Origin: a virus
Lineage: Duplodnaviria; Caudoviricetes
Reading direction: 5' to 3' (one strand)
DNA length: 31,938 nucleotides
IMG/VR virus record: IMGVR_UViG_3300043467_000990
Coordinates: 1 to 31,938 of that record
The translations under genes and the position numbers were made by a program. Under the pieces are notes generated by a model that saw only the letters and a list, made by a program, of their open reading frames with translations, had not been told where the DNA came from and did not search any database. Of this stretch, positions 7,103 to 14,905 are shown one piece after another; the stretch's first letter is position 1; every line of letters starts with the position of its first letter.

Positions 7103-7612
7103 TCATATCTCTTCTTCGTACGCAATACATCGCTCTCTTCTTTCAAGATGTGAATTGATGACGATAGATTCTTCGTTGCTGTAAGAATCCAATAGTTCAA
7201 GAGTTTGTTGATAGGTTTTGGCGAAGTTTCTGTCATAGTCTATGAGATCTTGTGTTTGTCTGACGCTGTGAATGATTGTCGAGTGATCGCGATTTATGAT
7301 ACGACCTATCGAGTCAAGTGACATACCTAGAGTCTTTCTACAAACATAGTTGAAAGTGTGTCTAGCGTACAAGATGTGTTGTTTGCGTATACGAGAGTAG
7401 ATGTCGTCGGGAGTGATTTGATACACTTGACAAACGACGCGCATCGCATCTGTCCATTTTGCTTTTGTGTTTCTCACGTCAATCTTTGGTCTCAAAATCT
7501 CTCTCTTCAAATCTTGAATCAATCTCTCGTAGTGATTCTTTTGTTCGTTGATTACAAGTCGAAGACGACGATTCTCTTGCTTTGCGTTGTGTAAGTCTTG
7601 ATAGTGATTCAT
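7103..7612 (-). CDS. Coiled-coil plus DnaA domain-IV-like HTH protein
   Basis: RKQHILYARHTFNYVCRKTLGMSLDSIGRIINRDHSTIIHS matches the DnaA C-terminal signature; no AAA+ domain. Confidence 0.8.
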   Translation of the reverse strand: MNHYQDLHNAKQENRRLRLVINEQKNHYERLIQDLKREILRPKIDVRNTKAKWTDAMRVVCQVYQITPDDIYSRIRKQHILYARHTFNYVCRKTLGMSLDSIGRIINRDHSTIIHSVRQTQDLIDYDRNFAKTYQQTLELLDSYSNEESIVINSHLERRERCIAYEEEI

Positions 7613-8466
7613 ATTTTTTTGTGTTTAGGGTCTAGAATCATTGGCGTTGTATACACCCATTTGACTCTATGATGAAGACGATTTGTTGTGAAACCCATCA
7701 TTGATACTTGAATAGAAGACGGATGATACAAGACGCTATGAAACGACTTGACATATGTACCACTGCCTAAATATGCGTCAGTCATACCGCCCTTTTGGCT
7801 CTGAGTCGCCGCTTGTTCTAAGCCAATGAATGGCAAAGTAAGAAACAAATGACCTCGACTGCCTAGAGTTGTATATGTATTTACGTCTTCATTGATTGAG
7901 CCAAAGAATTGAAAATGTCTATCTACGGAACAGATAAAACTATTCATACATTTTCTCGCGTTGTGTTTGTAATTGCTGATCATACCACAGCCCTCACCAC
8001 CGATGAAGTCACCGCCTTGAGCAAATGCTACGCTTGTGCAATTTGTAGTTTTGAAAAACTCAAGATACATCTCAAAGTACTTGTTGAGATTCTTTGCGTA
8101 GCCACTTGTCATATACTTGCCATCAATAAATCGATAACGGAATGAAGTATAATCGTCATCAAGTTGTATGAAGTATTTGATACCTATTTGTTTTGCGATA
8201 TTAAAACAAGCGTTTCTAGCGTGAATGATGACTTTGCGATTGTCAAAATTGTTTCCCTCGTCTATTGAATCAGCCATCGCTTTCTTATCAAATACTTTTA
8301 TCATATTCTCGCCGTACTTGCGTAAGTAAGTATCAAGTGTTTTGTCTTCGTTGTCAACGATTAGATAAGTTGCGCCTGTATAGCCACACTTTTTGAGTGT
8401 CTGTAATGTCTTGACGTTGTCAGGTCTACCGTGAGTCAAAATGAATACCGCAAAATTATTGTCCAT
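7609..8466 (-). CDS. GT-A glycosyltransferase, TET-associated (TAGT)/GREB1-like family
   Basis: FAVFILTHGRP, ARNACF, FIQLDDD, MNSFIC, GSINED, QSQKGG; start taken as the ATG at 8466. Confidence 0.7.
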   Translation of the reverse strand: MDNNFAVFILTHGRPDNVKTLQTLKKCGYTGATYLIVDNEDKTLDTYLRKYGENMIKVFDKKAMADSIDEGNNFDNRKVIIHARNACFNIAKQIGIKYFIQLDDDYTSFRYRFIDGKYMTSGYAKNLNKYFEMYLEFFKTTNCTSVAFAQGGDFIGGEGCGMISNYKHNARKCMNSFICSVDRHFQFFGSINEDVNTYTTLGSRGHLFLTLPFIGLEQAATQSQKGGMTDAYLGSGTYVKSFHSVLYHPSSIQVSMMGFTTNRLHHRVKWVYTTPMILDPKHKKI

Positions 8467-8854
8467 ATTCTTCAAGGTATTGAGTTTTGATATCGTCACA
8501 TAGTTTGATGTAGCCGTATTGAATTGCTTTCTCAAAATCTATGATCACAAGAGCAGAGCGTTCCATCAAGTGTTGCATTTCTTTACTAGCGTGCGCGTAG
8601 TAGTCAGCGATTTTCTCGTAGTTGAAAACAAGATGTCTCATAGTAGCGTCAATCAAAAACGACTTCTCTTCTTCGCTCAGCGATGACGTTTGAATCTCTT
8701 TGATGAGACGTTGACTTTTTGACTTGTCACAGAGTTCAAGAATGTGAGGCTTTCTGTTCTTAGGTTCGTAGATAGGCGCTTCAATCTTGCTTGTGTACTT
8801 TTGTTCTTCTTGATTCGGTGCGTAGTCTGCACCAAACAAATTGATTTGTTTCAT
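8456..8854 (-). CDS. Hypothetical protein translationally coupled to the TAGT-like gene
   Basis: YTSKIEAPIYEP...RHLVFNYEKIADYYAHASKEMQHLMERSALVIIDFEKAIQYGY; overlaps both dnaB and the GT. Confidence 0.75.
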   Translation of the reverse strand: MKQINLFGADYAPNQEEQKYTSKIEAPIYEPKNRKPHILELCDKSKSQRLIKEIQTSSLSEEEKSFLIDATMRHLVFNYEKIADYYAHASKEMQHLMERSALVIIDFEKAIQYGYIKLCDDIKTQYLEEYGQ

Positions 8855-10083
8855 ATGCGTTCTTTGTATTCTGTTAGTTTGCCTTCAAAAGTTGTAGGTA
8901 TTGTGCAACATTCACCGTTGCGATTCTTTGCGATAATGAGTTCGGCTTCTTCGACGTCTGGCTTCTCTGTGTCATAGTACGCAGGTCTAAAAGGGAACAT
9001 CACAATATCTGCGTCTTGTTCTATCGCACCACTCTCTCTCAAGTCACTCAACATAGGTCTCTTGTCTTGTCTCTCTTCGCTCTTACGAGATAATTGAGCA
9101 AGAACGATGACCGTGATTTTCAACTCTTTAGCAAGTAGTTTCAAACCTCGTGAGATTTCTGCTATCTCTTGCTCGCGATTTGCTTTCGTACCTTTGATCA
9201 ATTGTATGTAGTCGATGACAAGCAAGTCTAGACCTTTGCGAGACTTGTGTAGTTTCGCTTTTGCTTTGATCTGCGCGATAGAAGTATCAACGTCATCGTC
9301 AATGTAGAACTCTATCGATTGATGGTTCGCTACGTGTATCACTTTGTCTATCTCGTTTTGTTCTAGACGACCATTGCGAATCTTCCAATTCTCGATGTTG
9401 CCTATTAATGACAAGTATCGTTTTGCGAGTTGTTCGTTGCTCATCTCAAGCGACAAGAAGAGTGCTTTGTGATTGTACTTCGCAAAGTCTTTTGTCAGCG
9501 TCAGAGCGATTGCTGTCTTTCCCATACCGGGTCGACCTGCTACTACAATCAAATCTCCTGCGTTGTAACCACCGATGTACTTGTCTAGATATCGCCATCC
9601 TGTTTGTTTGCCTGTAAGCGCGCCACCATTCATACTATTCTCGACAATTTGATCGACGACTTTGTTCGTCACTTTGACTATCGAGTCTGGTTCTTTGTGT
9701 GTCGAGAATGTACTCTCTTCAAGAATCGATTGAATGTCTTTGACAATATCGCCCAAATCTTTTGTCAAGTTCAAACGAGTCACTTTGTCGACAAGAGTTG
9801 TCTTGATGTACTCGTGTTCAAGAGTCTTCAAGTGTACGTTGATATTTGTGAGACCGCTTGCTTCTTGCTGTATTTGAATAATTTGTAGCAACTCTTTGCC
9901 TTTGAAGTTCTTTGATAGAGTCATCATATCAACAGGCTCGTTGTTGTAGTACAAGTCAGTCATCGCACCTACGACGCGACGATACAAGTCTTGTGTGAAC
10001 CAATTCTTGTTGATGCGTGGTAAGAAATGCCTTGCGTCATCATAGAATAGCAAGTTCGATAGTATCATTTGTTCAAGATTCAT
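8851..10083 (-). CDS. dnaB: Replicative DNA helicase, DnaB family
   Basis: AGRPGMGKT, FLSLEMS, VIDYIQL, LAQLSR, DLRESGAIEQDAD, IIAKNRNG. Confidence 0.97.
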   Translation of the reverse strand: MNLEQMILSNLLFYDDARHFLPRINKNWFTQDLYRRVVGAMTDLYYNNEPVDMMTLSKNFKGKELLQIIQIQQEASGLTNINVHLKTLEHEYIKTTLVDKVTRLNLTKDLGDIVKDIQSILEESTFSTHKEPDSIVKVTNKVVDQIVENSMNGGALTGKQTGWRYLDKYIGGYNAGDLIVVAGRPGMGKTAIALTLTKDFAKYNHKALFLSLEMSNEQLAKRYLSLIGNIENWKIRNGRLEQNEIDKVIHVANHQSIEFYIDDDVDTSIAQIKAKAKLHKSRKGLDLLVIDYIQLIKGTKANREQEIAEISRGLKLLAKELKITVIVLAQLSRKSEERQDKRPMLSDLRESGAIEQDADIVMFPFRPAYYDTEKPDVEEAELIIAKNRNGECCTIPTTFEGKLTEYKERI

Positions 10084-10661
10084 AGTGTTGCAAGTTTATG
10101 TGTATTTGTTGAGACTTTCAAGTTGTTAGGTTTCCAAGTGCGAACTGCTGACTTCCAATCTTTCATTTTGTTTTTACCTATCATCCATCCCTTAGACTCG
10201 TAAAAGTCAAAGAACTTGTTTGAGACGTCATTCATATTGATTGAATCCATATATTCACTCAACTCTTCAATCGTTGGTTTTGTGAAACGCGTACTCTTTT
10301 TATTATTTATATCTTCATTTTCATTTTCATTTTCCATATGTTCTTCATATGATTTTGATATGTTATTCATATCTTCTTTCTTCTTGCGATTGTTTGATCT
10401 TGATTCGCTGTATTTCTTTCTCTTCTCAAACTCTTCTCTCATACGCAAATTGTAGAATCCTTCTTCGCATTTCTCGAACTTGTCAAAGATGTCTTCATCA
10501 TATGAATCACATATCTTCAACATATCTTTCTCACTCAATATACCTTTTTGATGTTGTATACAAAGTAGACGAATGTACTTGCCTACTTGTTCGTTTGACA
10601 TCAACGTCGTGCCTGTTAAGAAGTCACTCGTATAAAATAACACTGCCGGGTCTTTGCTCAT
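10080..10661 (-). CDS. Phage replication initiator (DUF1376/YdaU-like N-terminus)
   Basis: KDPAVLFYTSDFLTGT...GKYIRLLC, low-complexity linker, C-terminal FTKPTIEE...FFDFYESKGW...MKDWKSAVRTW; directly upstream of dnaB. Confidence 0.8.
   Translation of the reverse strand: MSKDPAVLFYTSDFLTGTTLMSNEQVGKYIRLLCIQHQKGILSEKDMLKICDSYDEDIFDKFEKCEEGFYNLRMREEFEKRKKYSESRSNNRKKKEDMNNISKSYEEHMENENENEDINNKKSTRFTKPTIEELSEYMDSINMNDVSNKFFDFYESKGWMIGKNKMKDWKSAVRTWKPNNLKVSTNTHKLATL
10335..10373. repeat. Iteron-like array A: 4 hexamers at exact 11-bp period
   Basis: CATATG 10335, CATATG 10346, GATATG 10357, CATATC 10368; next to an AT-rich tract at 10296-10334. Confidence 0.7.
10488..10526. repeat. Iteron-like array B: 4 hexamers at exact 11-bp period
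   Basis: GATGTC 10488, CATATG 10499, CATATC 10510, CATATC 10521. Confidence 0.65.
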
Positions 10662-10673
10662 TTTTTTGTAATT

Positions 10674-10762
10674 AAAAAGCCCTCACACAAATACCGAAGT
10701 GCGAGTTCGATACTTGCTGAGGGCAAATGTCTTTTGTAGTTGTCTCGCACACAACTCTAATA
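10674..10762 (-). ncRNA. Structured leader/small RNA of about 90 nt: two hairpins with complementary loops and an intrinsic terminator
   Basis: Hairpin 1 AGUUGU-[GUGCGAG]-ACAACU. Hairpin 2 GCCCUCA-GCAAGUAUCGAA-[CUCGCAC]-UUCGGUAUUUGU-G-UGAGGGC-UUUUU. Three G-U pairs form only on the minus strand. Confidence 0.75.
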
Positions 10763-10767
10763 CTTTA

Positions 10768-10798
10768 CAAAAATAGTGTTTTGTAACTAAATTGCAAA
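10768..10798 (-). promoter_or_regulatory. Bacteroidota housekeeping-sigma promoter for the leader RNA and replication operon
   Basis: TTTG-N19-TATTTTTG. Confidence 0.8.
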
Positions 10799-10999
10799 TT
10801 AATCTTTTGTTTGTAGTGAATATCTACCGAAACCTTCTGTCTTGTCGCACACGATATCTAGACCTTCTTGATGTCTGAGAGTGTGTATTCGTGACGCTAG
10901 TCTAAATGTACCGTACAAATTCAATGCTTCGATAGGTGTGATTGACTTGCCATTTAACAAATGAGCCTTCACTTTGTTGAGTTGAGATTCTTTTTTCAT
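10799..10999 (-). CDS. Small winged-helix DNA-binding protein
   Basis: SQLNKVKAHLLNGKSITPIEALNLYGTFRLASRIHTLR. Confidence 0.8.
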   Translation of the reverse strand: MKKESQLNKVKAHLLNGKSITPIEALNLYGTFRLASRIHTLRHQEGLDIVCDKTEGFGRYSLQTKD

Positions 11000-11388
11000 A
11001 GTTGTCTATAATTAATTTTTAGTTTGTCTAGTCCTTGGGTATCGCGATACAGAGTTTCAAATACTACGTTGCGTATACCACTTTGTTTGATAATTTTAGA
11101 GCATTGAATACACGGAGACATAGTCACGTACATCGTTGCGCCTTGTGTGTTTGTACCTGCTTTCAAGATTGCATTCATTTCCGCGTGAATCACTTCATCT
11201 TTCGTCACGTCGTTCTCTTCACATTCGTTGCAAAAGCCTGCAGGTGTTCCGTTGTAACCATAAGCGACGATATTTCTATCTTTGACGATGATCGCGCCTA
11301 CTTTTGCACGATTGCACCTAGATAGTTTAGAGACGATATGAGCGATGTCCATATACATAACGTCGAATTGTTCAGTCCTGTTCGTCAT
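10996..11388 (-). CDS. dCMP deaminase
   Basis: KVGAII, GYNGTP, HAEMNA, SPCIQC zinc motifs. Confidence 0.93.
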   Translation of the reverse strand: MTNRTEQFDVMYMDIAHIVSKLSRCNRAKVGAIIVKDRNIVAYGYNGTPAGFCNECEENDVTKDEVIHAEMNAILKAGTNTQGATMYVTMSPCIQCSKIIKQSGIRNVVFETLYRDTQGLDKLKINYRQL

Positions 11389-11464
11389 ACTTGCCTACGT
11401 AAAAGCCTAGAGTGAATGACATTGCAATAAATCCAAGCCATACTACGAGTTGATAGTTTGTCAT
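11372..11464 (-). CDS. 30-aa single-pass membrane peptide, missing from the ORF track
   Basis: MTNYQLVVWLGFIAMSFTLGFYVGKYDEQD; ATGA overlap with the upstream stop; fills the gap. Confidence 0.55.
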   Translation of the reverse strand: MTNYQLVVWLGFIAMSFTLGFYVGKYDEQD

Positions 11465-11802
11465 AGTAATCTAGTTTTAACTATTTCGACGATCTCTGAG
11501 AAGTTGTCACCGTGTACTTCGTAGTGATTACTCAAAGTCATTGGAAGCATTGCGTGAACTTGCAAGTCCATCGAGTAACTCTCTTCGAGTTGATGCTTTA
11601 TCTCTTCGATTGTAGGTTCGCTGTCAAAGACACACAAGATATCTTTGTCTTCATTGACTAGAATATATCCAATGCCATTCAATCTGTTTGCAAATTGCTG
11701 AGCGTAGACGTTCTTCTCAAAACGACCTATGATTGATTGATTGTAGTAGACGCGATATTCGCTCACGCCATTCACTTTTGCTTCTATTATTCTTGTATTC
11801 AT
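11461..11802 (-). CDS. Hypothetical protein
   Basis: 113-aa coupled ORF. Confidence 0.7.
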   Translation of the reverse strand: MNTRIIEAKVNGVSEYRVYYNQSIIGRFEKNVYAQQFANRLNGIGYILVNEDKDILCVFDSEPTIEEIKHQLEESYSMDLQVHAMLPMTLSNHYEVHGDNFSEIVEIVKTRLL

Positions 11803-12011
11803 CTTGCTTTGCCTTTATACATTTTGTAGAGTTGTTGACGTTGATGTTGAATTGCTTCGTTGAAGCCTTCAATAAATGTGTCTTTTTCGAATTGATAAGG
11901 AGTCGCTTCTTTGATTTCTTTCTTCGACTTCTTTGTCAATACGTGACTCGCGTACATTACTACAAACGTAGCAGGTGCGAGAATGATTGGGTATATGATG
12001 TCTAGTGCCAT
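11799..12011 (-). CDS. Hypothetical protein with N-terminal transmembrane helix
   Basis: MALDIIYPIILAPATFVVMYA followed by a basic stretch. Confidence 0.7.
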   Translation of the reverse strand: MALDIIYPIILAPATFVVMYASHVLTKKSKKEIKEATPYQFEKDTFIEGFNEAIQHQRQQLYKMYKGKAR

Positions 12012-12025
12012 AGTCTTGTAAATAG

Positions 12026-12052
12026 TGGGGGCTTTTACACCCCCATTTTTTT
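12026..12052. terminator. GC hairpin, terminator-like or processing site
   Basis: TGGGGG-CTTTTACA-CCCCCA followed by a T-run on plus; only a weak U-tail on the coding (minus) strand. Confidence 0.5.
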
Positions 12053-12255
12053 TAGATAGAAAATTTAATTCCGTTAGTTGAACATATACAATACCATTGC
12101 TCTAATGAAATTGTATTAAATCCTTTTAATTCTGCAAAGTGCTTAATAGTGTTTGCTACTATGTTAGCGCTGTTTTTAGCATTTTGAGATAAAGATGCTT
12201 TTACTACTTCTACGAATAATGATTTCAAGTTTTCCATATTTTGTGTCGTTTTCAT
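12052..12255 (-). CDS. AT-rich hypothetical protein with its own promoter
   Basis: 67 aa; promoter 4 nt upstream of the ATG and a hairpin directly after the stop. Confidence 0.7.
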   Translation of the reverse strand: MKTTQNMENLKSLFVEVVKASLSQNAKNSANIVANTIKHFAELKGFNTISLEQWYCICSTNGIKFSI

Positions 12256-12259
12256 ATAG

Positions 12260-12290
12260 CAAAGATAATATCACGAAACATATATGCAAG
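12260..12290 (-). promoter_or_regulatory. Bacteroidota housekeeping-sigma promoter
   Basis: CTTG-N19-TATCTTTG; upstream tract similar to that of the promoter at 322-352. Confidence 0.8.
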
Positions 12291-12323
12291 TACTTTGAAA
12301 ACTTTTTTTGCAATTATTTTCTT

Positions 12324-12974
12324 TTATGACAAATCTATGACACTCTTTAGCATATGACCTGCGTAGTACAACTTCTCATCAATCAAGTCTTTAACGTCGT
12401 CAAGCGTGATATTCACTACGTGCTTCTTGTGTGAGTCGGGCATTCTAGGGTCATACGAAACAAAGAACGCATTCTCACAAGCACTAGCGATCATACCCAT
12501 TTGAACTTGCCAATAGTACTCGATATGCTGAGACTTCAAGTCTTCGTTCGTTTTGATTGAGAAGTTGCGTAGATGAATACCGCTATTGAAAGGACATTTG
12601 ATCTCAACGATGAAGTCATCACCTAGCGAATCGGGCGAATAGCCACCAAATTCACCGTACTCTATGAAGACGAACGTCTCGCCTCCGTAGTAAGTAGCGA
12701 GCGAGTTAAAAGGATCAAACGCTTCGTACGCTTCTTTCTCGTGTTGTTTGCCCCAATCTAGAGCGCGACCGTAGATTTCTGCGCGTTGATTTGTGAGTAT
12801 CTCTGCGCCTTTCTCATAGATGAAAGTCTTCGCTGTCTCGCTCAAGTACTCCGATTTGTTTCTCGGAGTACCCATCAATTTGTAAATCTGTGACGCTGTG
12901 AATCGTTTCTTTCGAAGTTCTTGCCAATTGTCTTCGCTCAAAGAATTGTAAATAGTTGACGAGATATCTTTCAT
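12324..12974 (-). CDS. YqaJ/lambda-exonuclease family nuclease
   Basis: WQELRKKRFTASQI, WGKQHE, GYSPDS, VEIKCP, YYWQVQ, FVSYDPR. Confidence 0.92.
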   Translation of the reverse strand: MKDISSTIYNSLSEDNWQELRKKRFTASQIYKLMGTPRNKSEYLSETAKTFIYEKGAEILTNQRAEIYGRALDWGKQHEKEAYEAFDPFNSLATYYGGETFVFIEYGEFGGYSPDSLGDDFIVEIKCPFNSGIHLRNFSIKTNEDLKSQHIEYYWQVQMGMIASACENAFFVSYDPRMPDSHKKHVVNITLDDVKDLIDEKLYYAGHMLKSVIDLS

Positions 12975-13510
12975 TTCTCGCCTATTAAGAGTTTTTGATT
13001 GACTGCGCTGACTTCGTATTTGTTTGTGATGTCAGTCATCAAACCACCTGTCTTGAGATGTTCTACTGCGCGTTGCCAATTGACGTGTTTAGGCGTCAGT
13101 TCGTCACGCTTTGCTACTGATTGACGACCCATTGCTTTCTCTGCGTCATCATCGTCGTCGATGTTGAGACCTAAGATTGCACCTAGAGCGTACCGGCGTG
13201 CGTAGGTGATTGCAGAACCCATCGCTTGCGGATCGTTTTGTTTTGCGACAGGCATTTTGTATGATGCTTGAAGCCACTCACCGCTCTCGCTGTGAATTAA
13301 GATCGTAGTCAAAGCGTCATCGTCAGGCAGTTGAGCGAACGCAAGACCGCACTCACTCAAAGGCTTTTGAATAGTATCTAAGATATTCGCTAGTGATGCG
13401 TACTTAGATTTGAAAAATGGGTTGTTTGCTTCTTTCGACACTTTGCCGATTGTCGCTTGGAACTTGCACAACGCAAGACCAATGTTCTTGATAGATTCAC
13501 TTTTGTTCAT
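12971..13510 (-). CDS. erf: ERF family single-strand annealing protein
   Basis: NPFFKSKYASL, HSESGEW, DPQAMGSAITYARRYAL, DDDDAE; start taken as the ATG at 13510. Confidence 0.92.
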   Translation of the reverse strand: MNKSESIKNIGLALCKFQATIGKVSKEANNPFFKSKYASLANILDTIQKPLSECGLAFAQLPDDDALTTILIHSESGEWLQASYKMPVAKQNDPQAMGSAITYARRYALGAILGLNIDDDDDAEKAMGRQSVAKRDELTPKHVNWQRAVEHLKTGGLMTDITNKYEVSAVNQKLLIGEK

Positions 13511-13511
13511 A

Positions 13512-13703
13512 TTAGTTTTCGATTTGTTCAATGATTTCTTTTGCTGTCTTGAATACTTTGACAGCCGTTGGGTGATACACGTCACCTTTCAAATACTTAC
13601 GAATAGTAGGGAGAGAAAGACCTGTTCTCTCGTGAATTGTCTTTTGAAGACCGTGATAGTGTTTGTGTTTTAACTCTTCTTGAATTTGCTCTATGTTTGT
13701 CAT
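13512..13703 (-). CDS. Cro-like HTH regulator
   Basis: IHERTGLSLPTIRKYLKG HTH; first gene after a host-type promoter. Confidence 0.7.
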   Translation of the reverse strand: MTNIEQIQEELKHKHYHGLQKTIHERTGLSLPTIRKYLKGDVYHPTAVKVFKTAKEIIEQIEN

Positions 13704-13709
13704 ACGTCA

Positions 13710-13740
13710 CAAAAGTACAACAAATCTTTCACTATGCAAA
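13710..13740 (-). promoter_or_regulatory. Bacteroidota housekeeping-sigma promoter
   Basis: TTTG-N19-TACTTTTG, 6 nt before the ATG. Confidence 0.85.
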
Positions 13741-13752
13741 CTAAATAGAAAA

Positions 13753-14301
13753 TTATTTTATATCTATTGAGAAGATTCTGTCTCCTAGTTTTGTAGCAAG
13801 TTCAGTAGAAATGCCGTCTAGAAGTTGTTGATTCCACACGTTGCGTATGAATTTTGTAGGCTTGATGCCACGACGACCTATCGCGTTTGCGATTGCTTGT
13901 GCTTTGTTGCGTCTAGCCGTATCTAGATCTTCGTTCTTTGACGCTCGCACTTGTATACCTTTGTCGATGAGCCATTGCTCTATCGCTTGCACAGGTGGGC
14001 GTTTGCCTCGACGACGACCACCGTCGACATACTCAGCGTAGTCTTCCATACCTAGACGCATTGTCAACGACGTAGGCGTTCTTGTAGTCTCAAGAGGTTT
14101 GATAGATTGTCTCAACTTACCACTCGCGTTCGAGTCGTATGTGAACTTCCCTCTTCGCTTTTTCTTGTCTAGTTGCTCTTGTAGTTGCTCAGTTACTTTG
14201 TTCCAAAAAGTAGCAATGATTTGATTCAACTCACTATCGCCTTTCGTGACGAAAGAATCTGCGCGATCACCTAAGCCATTCAAAAACTCATCAAATGTCA
14301 T
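13753..14301 (-). CDS. Putative neck/tail-completion protein (HK97 gp10-like)
   Basis: ASGKLRQSI, YAEYVDGG, PPVQAIEQW, IGRRGIKPTKF. Confidence 0.65.
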   Translation of the reverse strand: MTFDEFLNGLGDRADSFVTKGDSELNQIIATFWNKVTEQLQEQLDKKKRRGKFTYDSNASGKLRQSIKPLETTRTPTSLTMRLGMEDYAEYVDGGRRRGKRPPVQAIEQWLIDKGIQVRASKNEDLDTARRNKAQAIANAIGRRGIKPTKFIRNVWNQQLLDGISTELATKLGDRIFSIDIK

Positions 14302-14905
14302 TGAGCATCTCTATAAGTTGTGGGTGTGGGTACACATCTATCTTGTCTTTGCGTACTGAGTTGTGAGTGAAGACTCCATTCTTGCCACTCAACGCTCTCT
14401 TCGTCACTTGCCAGATATCTTCGTGATAAGTCAAGTCGATTGCGTATTTGTCACGCCATAACAAGAGCAACTCTCTCACGCTTTCGATTTGTTTTGTTGT
14501 GTAGTTCTCAAAGTATTGATAGCCTTTGTAAGGTGTATCTAGTTTGCACACGTCTTTGACCTCTTTACCGACATAGTTATAGAACTTCGTGCCTTTTTGA
14601 ACCAAGTACCCCCAATTACAAATTTCAATACCAATAGACGACTTGTCTAGATTTGTATAAGGCAAGCCTAAGAAATGCGAAGACTTAAGCCCTAAGTGAT
14701 ACGCCCAAAACTTAGAGTCAAAGCCTTGAATGATTTGACCATCGCGAGAGATAGCGACACAAGTTGCTATGTTGGTAGCATCTGCTTCCCAAAACTTAAA
14801 AGTCGACGTAGCATCTGCACCACCTGCCGTGTGATGCAAGTAGATTTGTTTCTTCGTTGTCTCTTGTGCGTTAAAGCCCTTGAACGCTATTTGCTTGATA
14901 TTCAT
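14291..14905 (-). CDS. N-acetylmuramoyl-L-alanine amidase (Amidase_2) endolysin
   Basis: IYLHHTAG, WAYHLG, SIGIEI, GVFTHNSV, KIDVYP. Confidence 0.88.
   Translation of the reverse strand: MNIKQIAFKGFNAQETTKKQIYLHHTAGGADATSTFKFWEADATNIATCVAISRDGQIIQGFDSKFWAYHLGLKSSHFLGLPYTNLDKSSIGIEICNWGYLVQKGTKFYNYVGKEVKDVCKLDTPYKGYQYFENYTTKQIESVRELLLLWRDKYAIDLTYHEDIWQVTKRALSGKNGVFTHNSVRKDKIDVYPHPQLIEMLNDI

Noticed and set aside
10314-10334. TTCATT repeats as a microsatellite or phase-variation tract
   Set aside because: They are in-frame ENENEN linker codons; counted only as part of the AT-rich flank of the putative origin.
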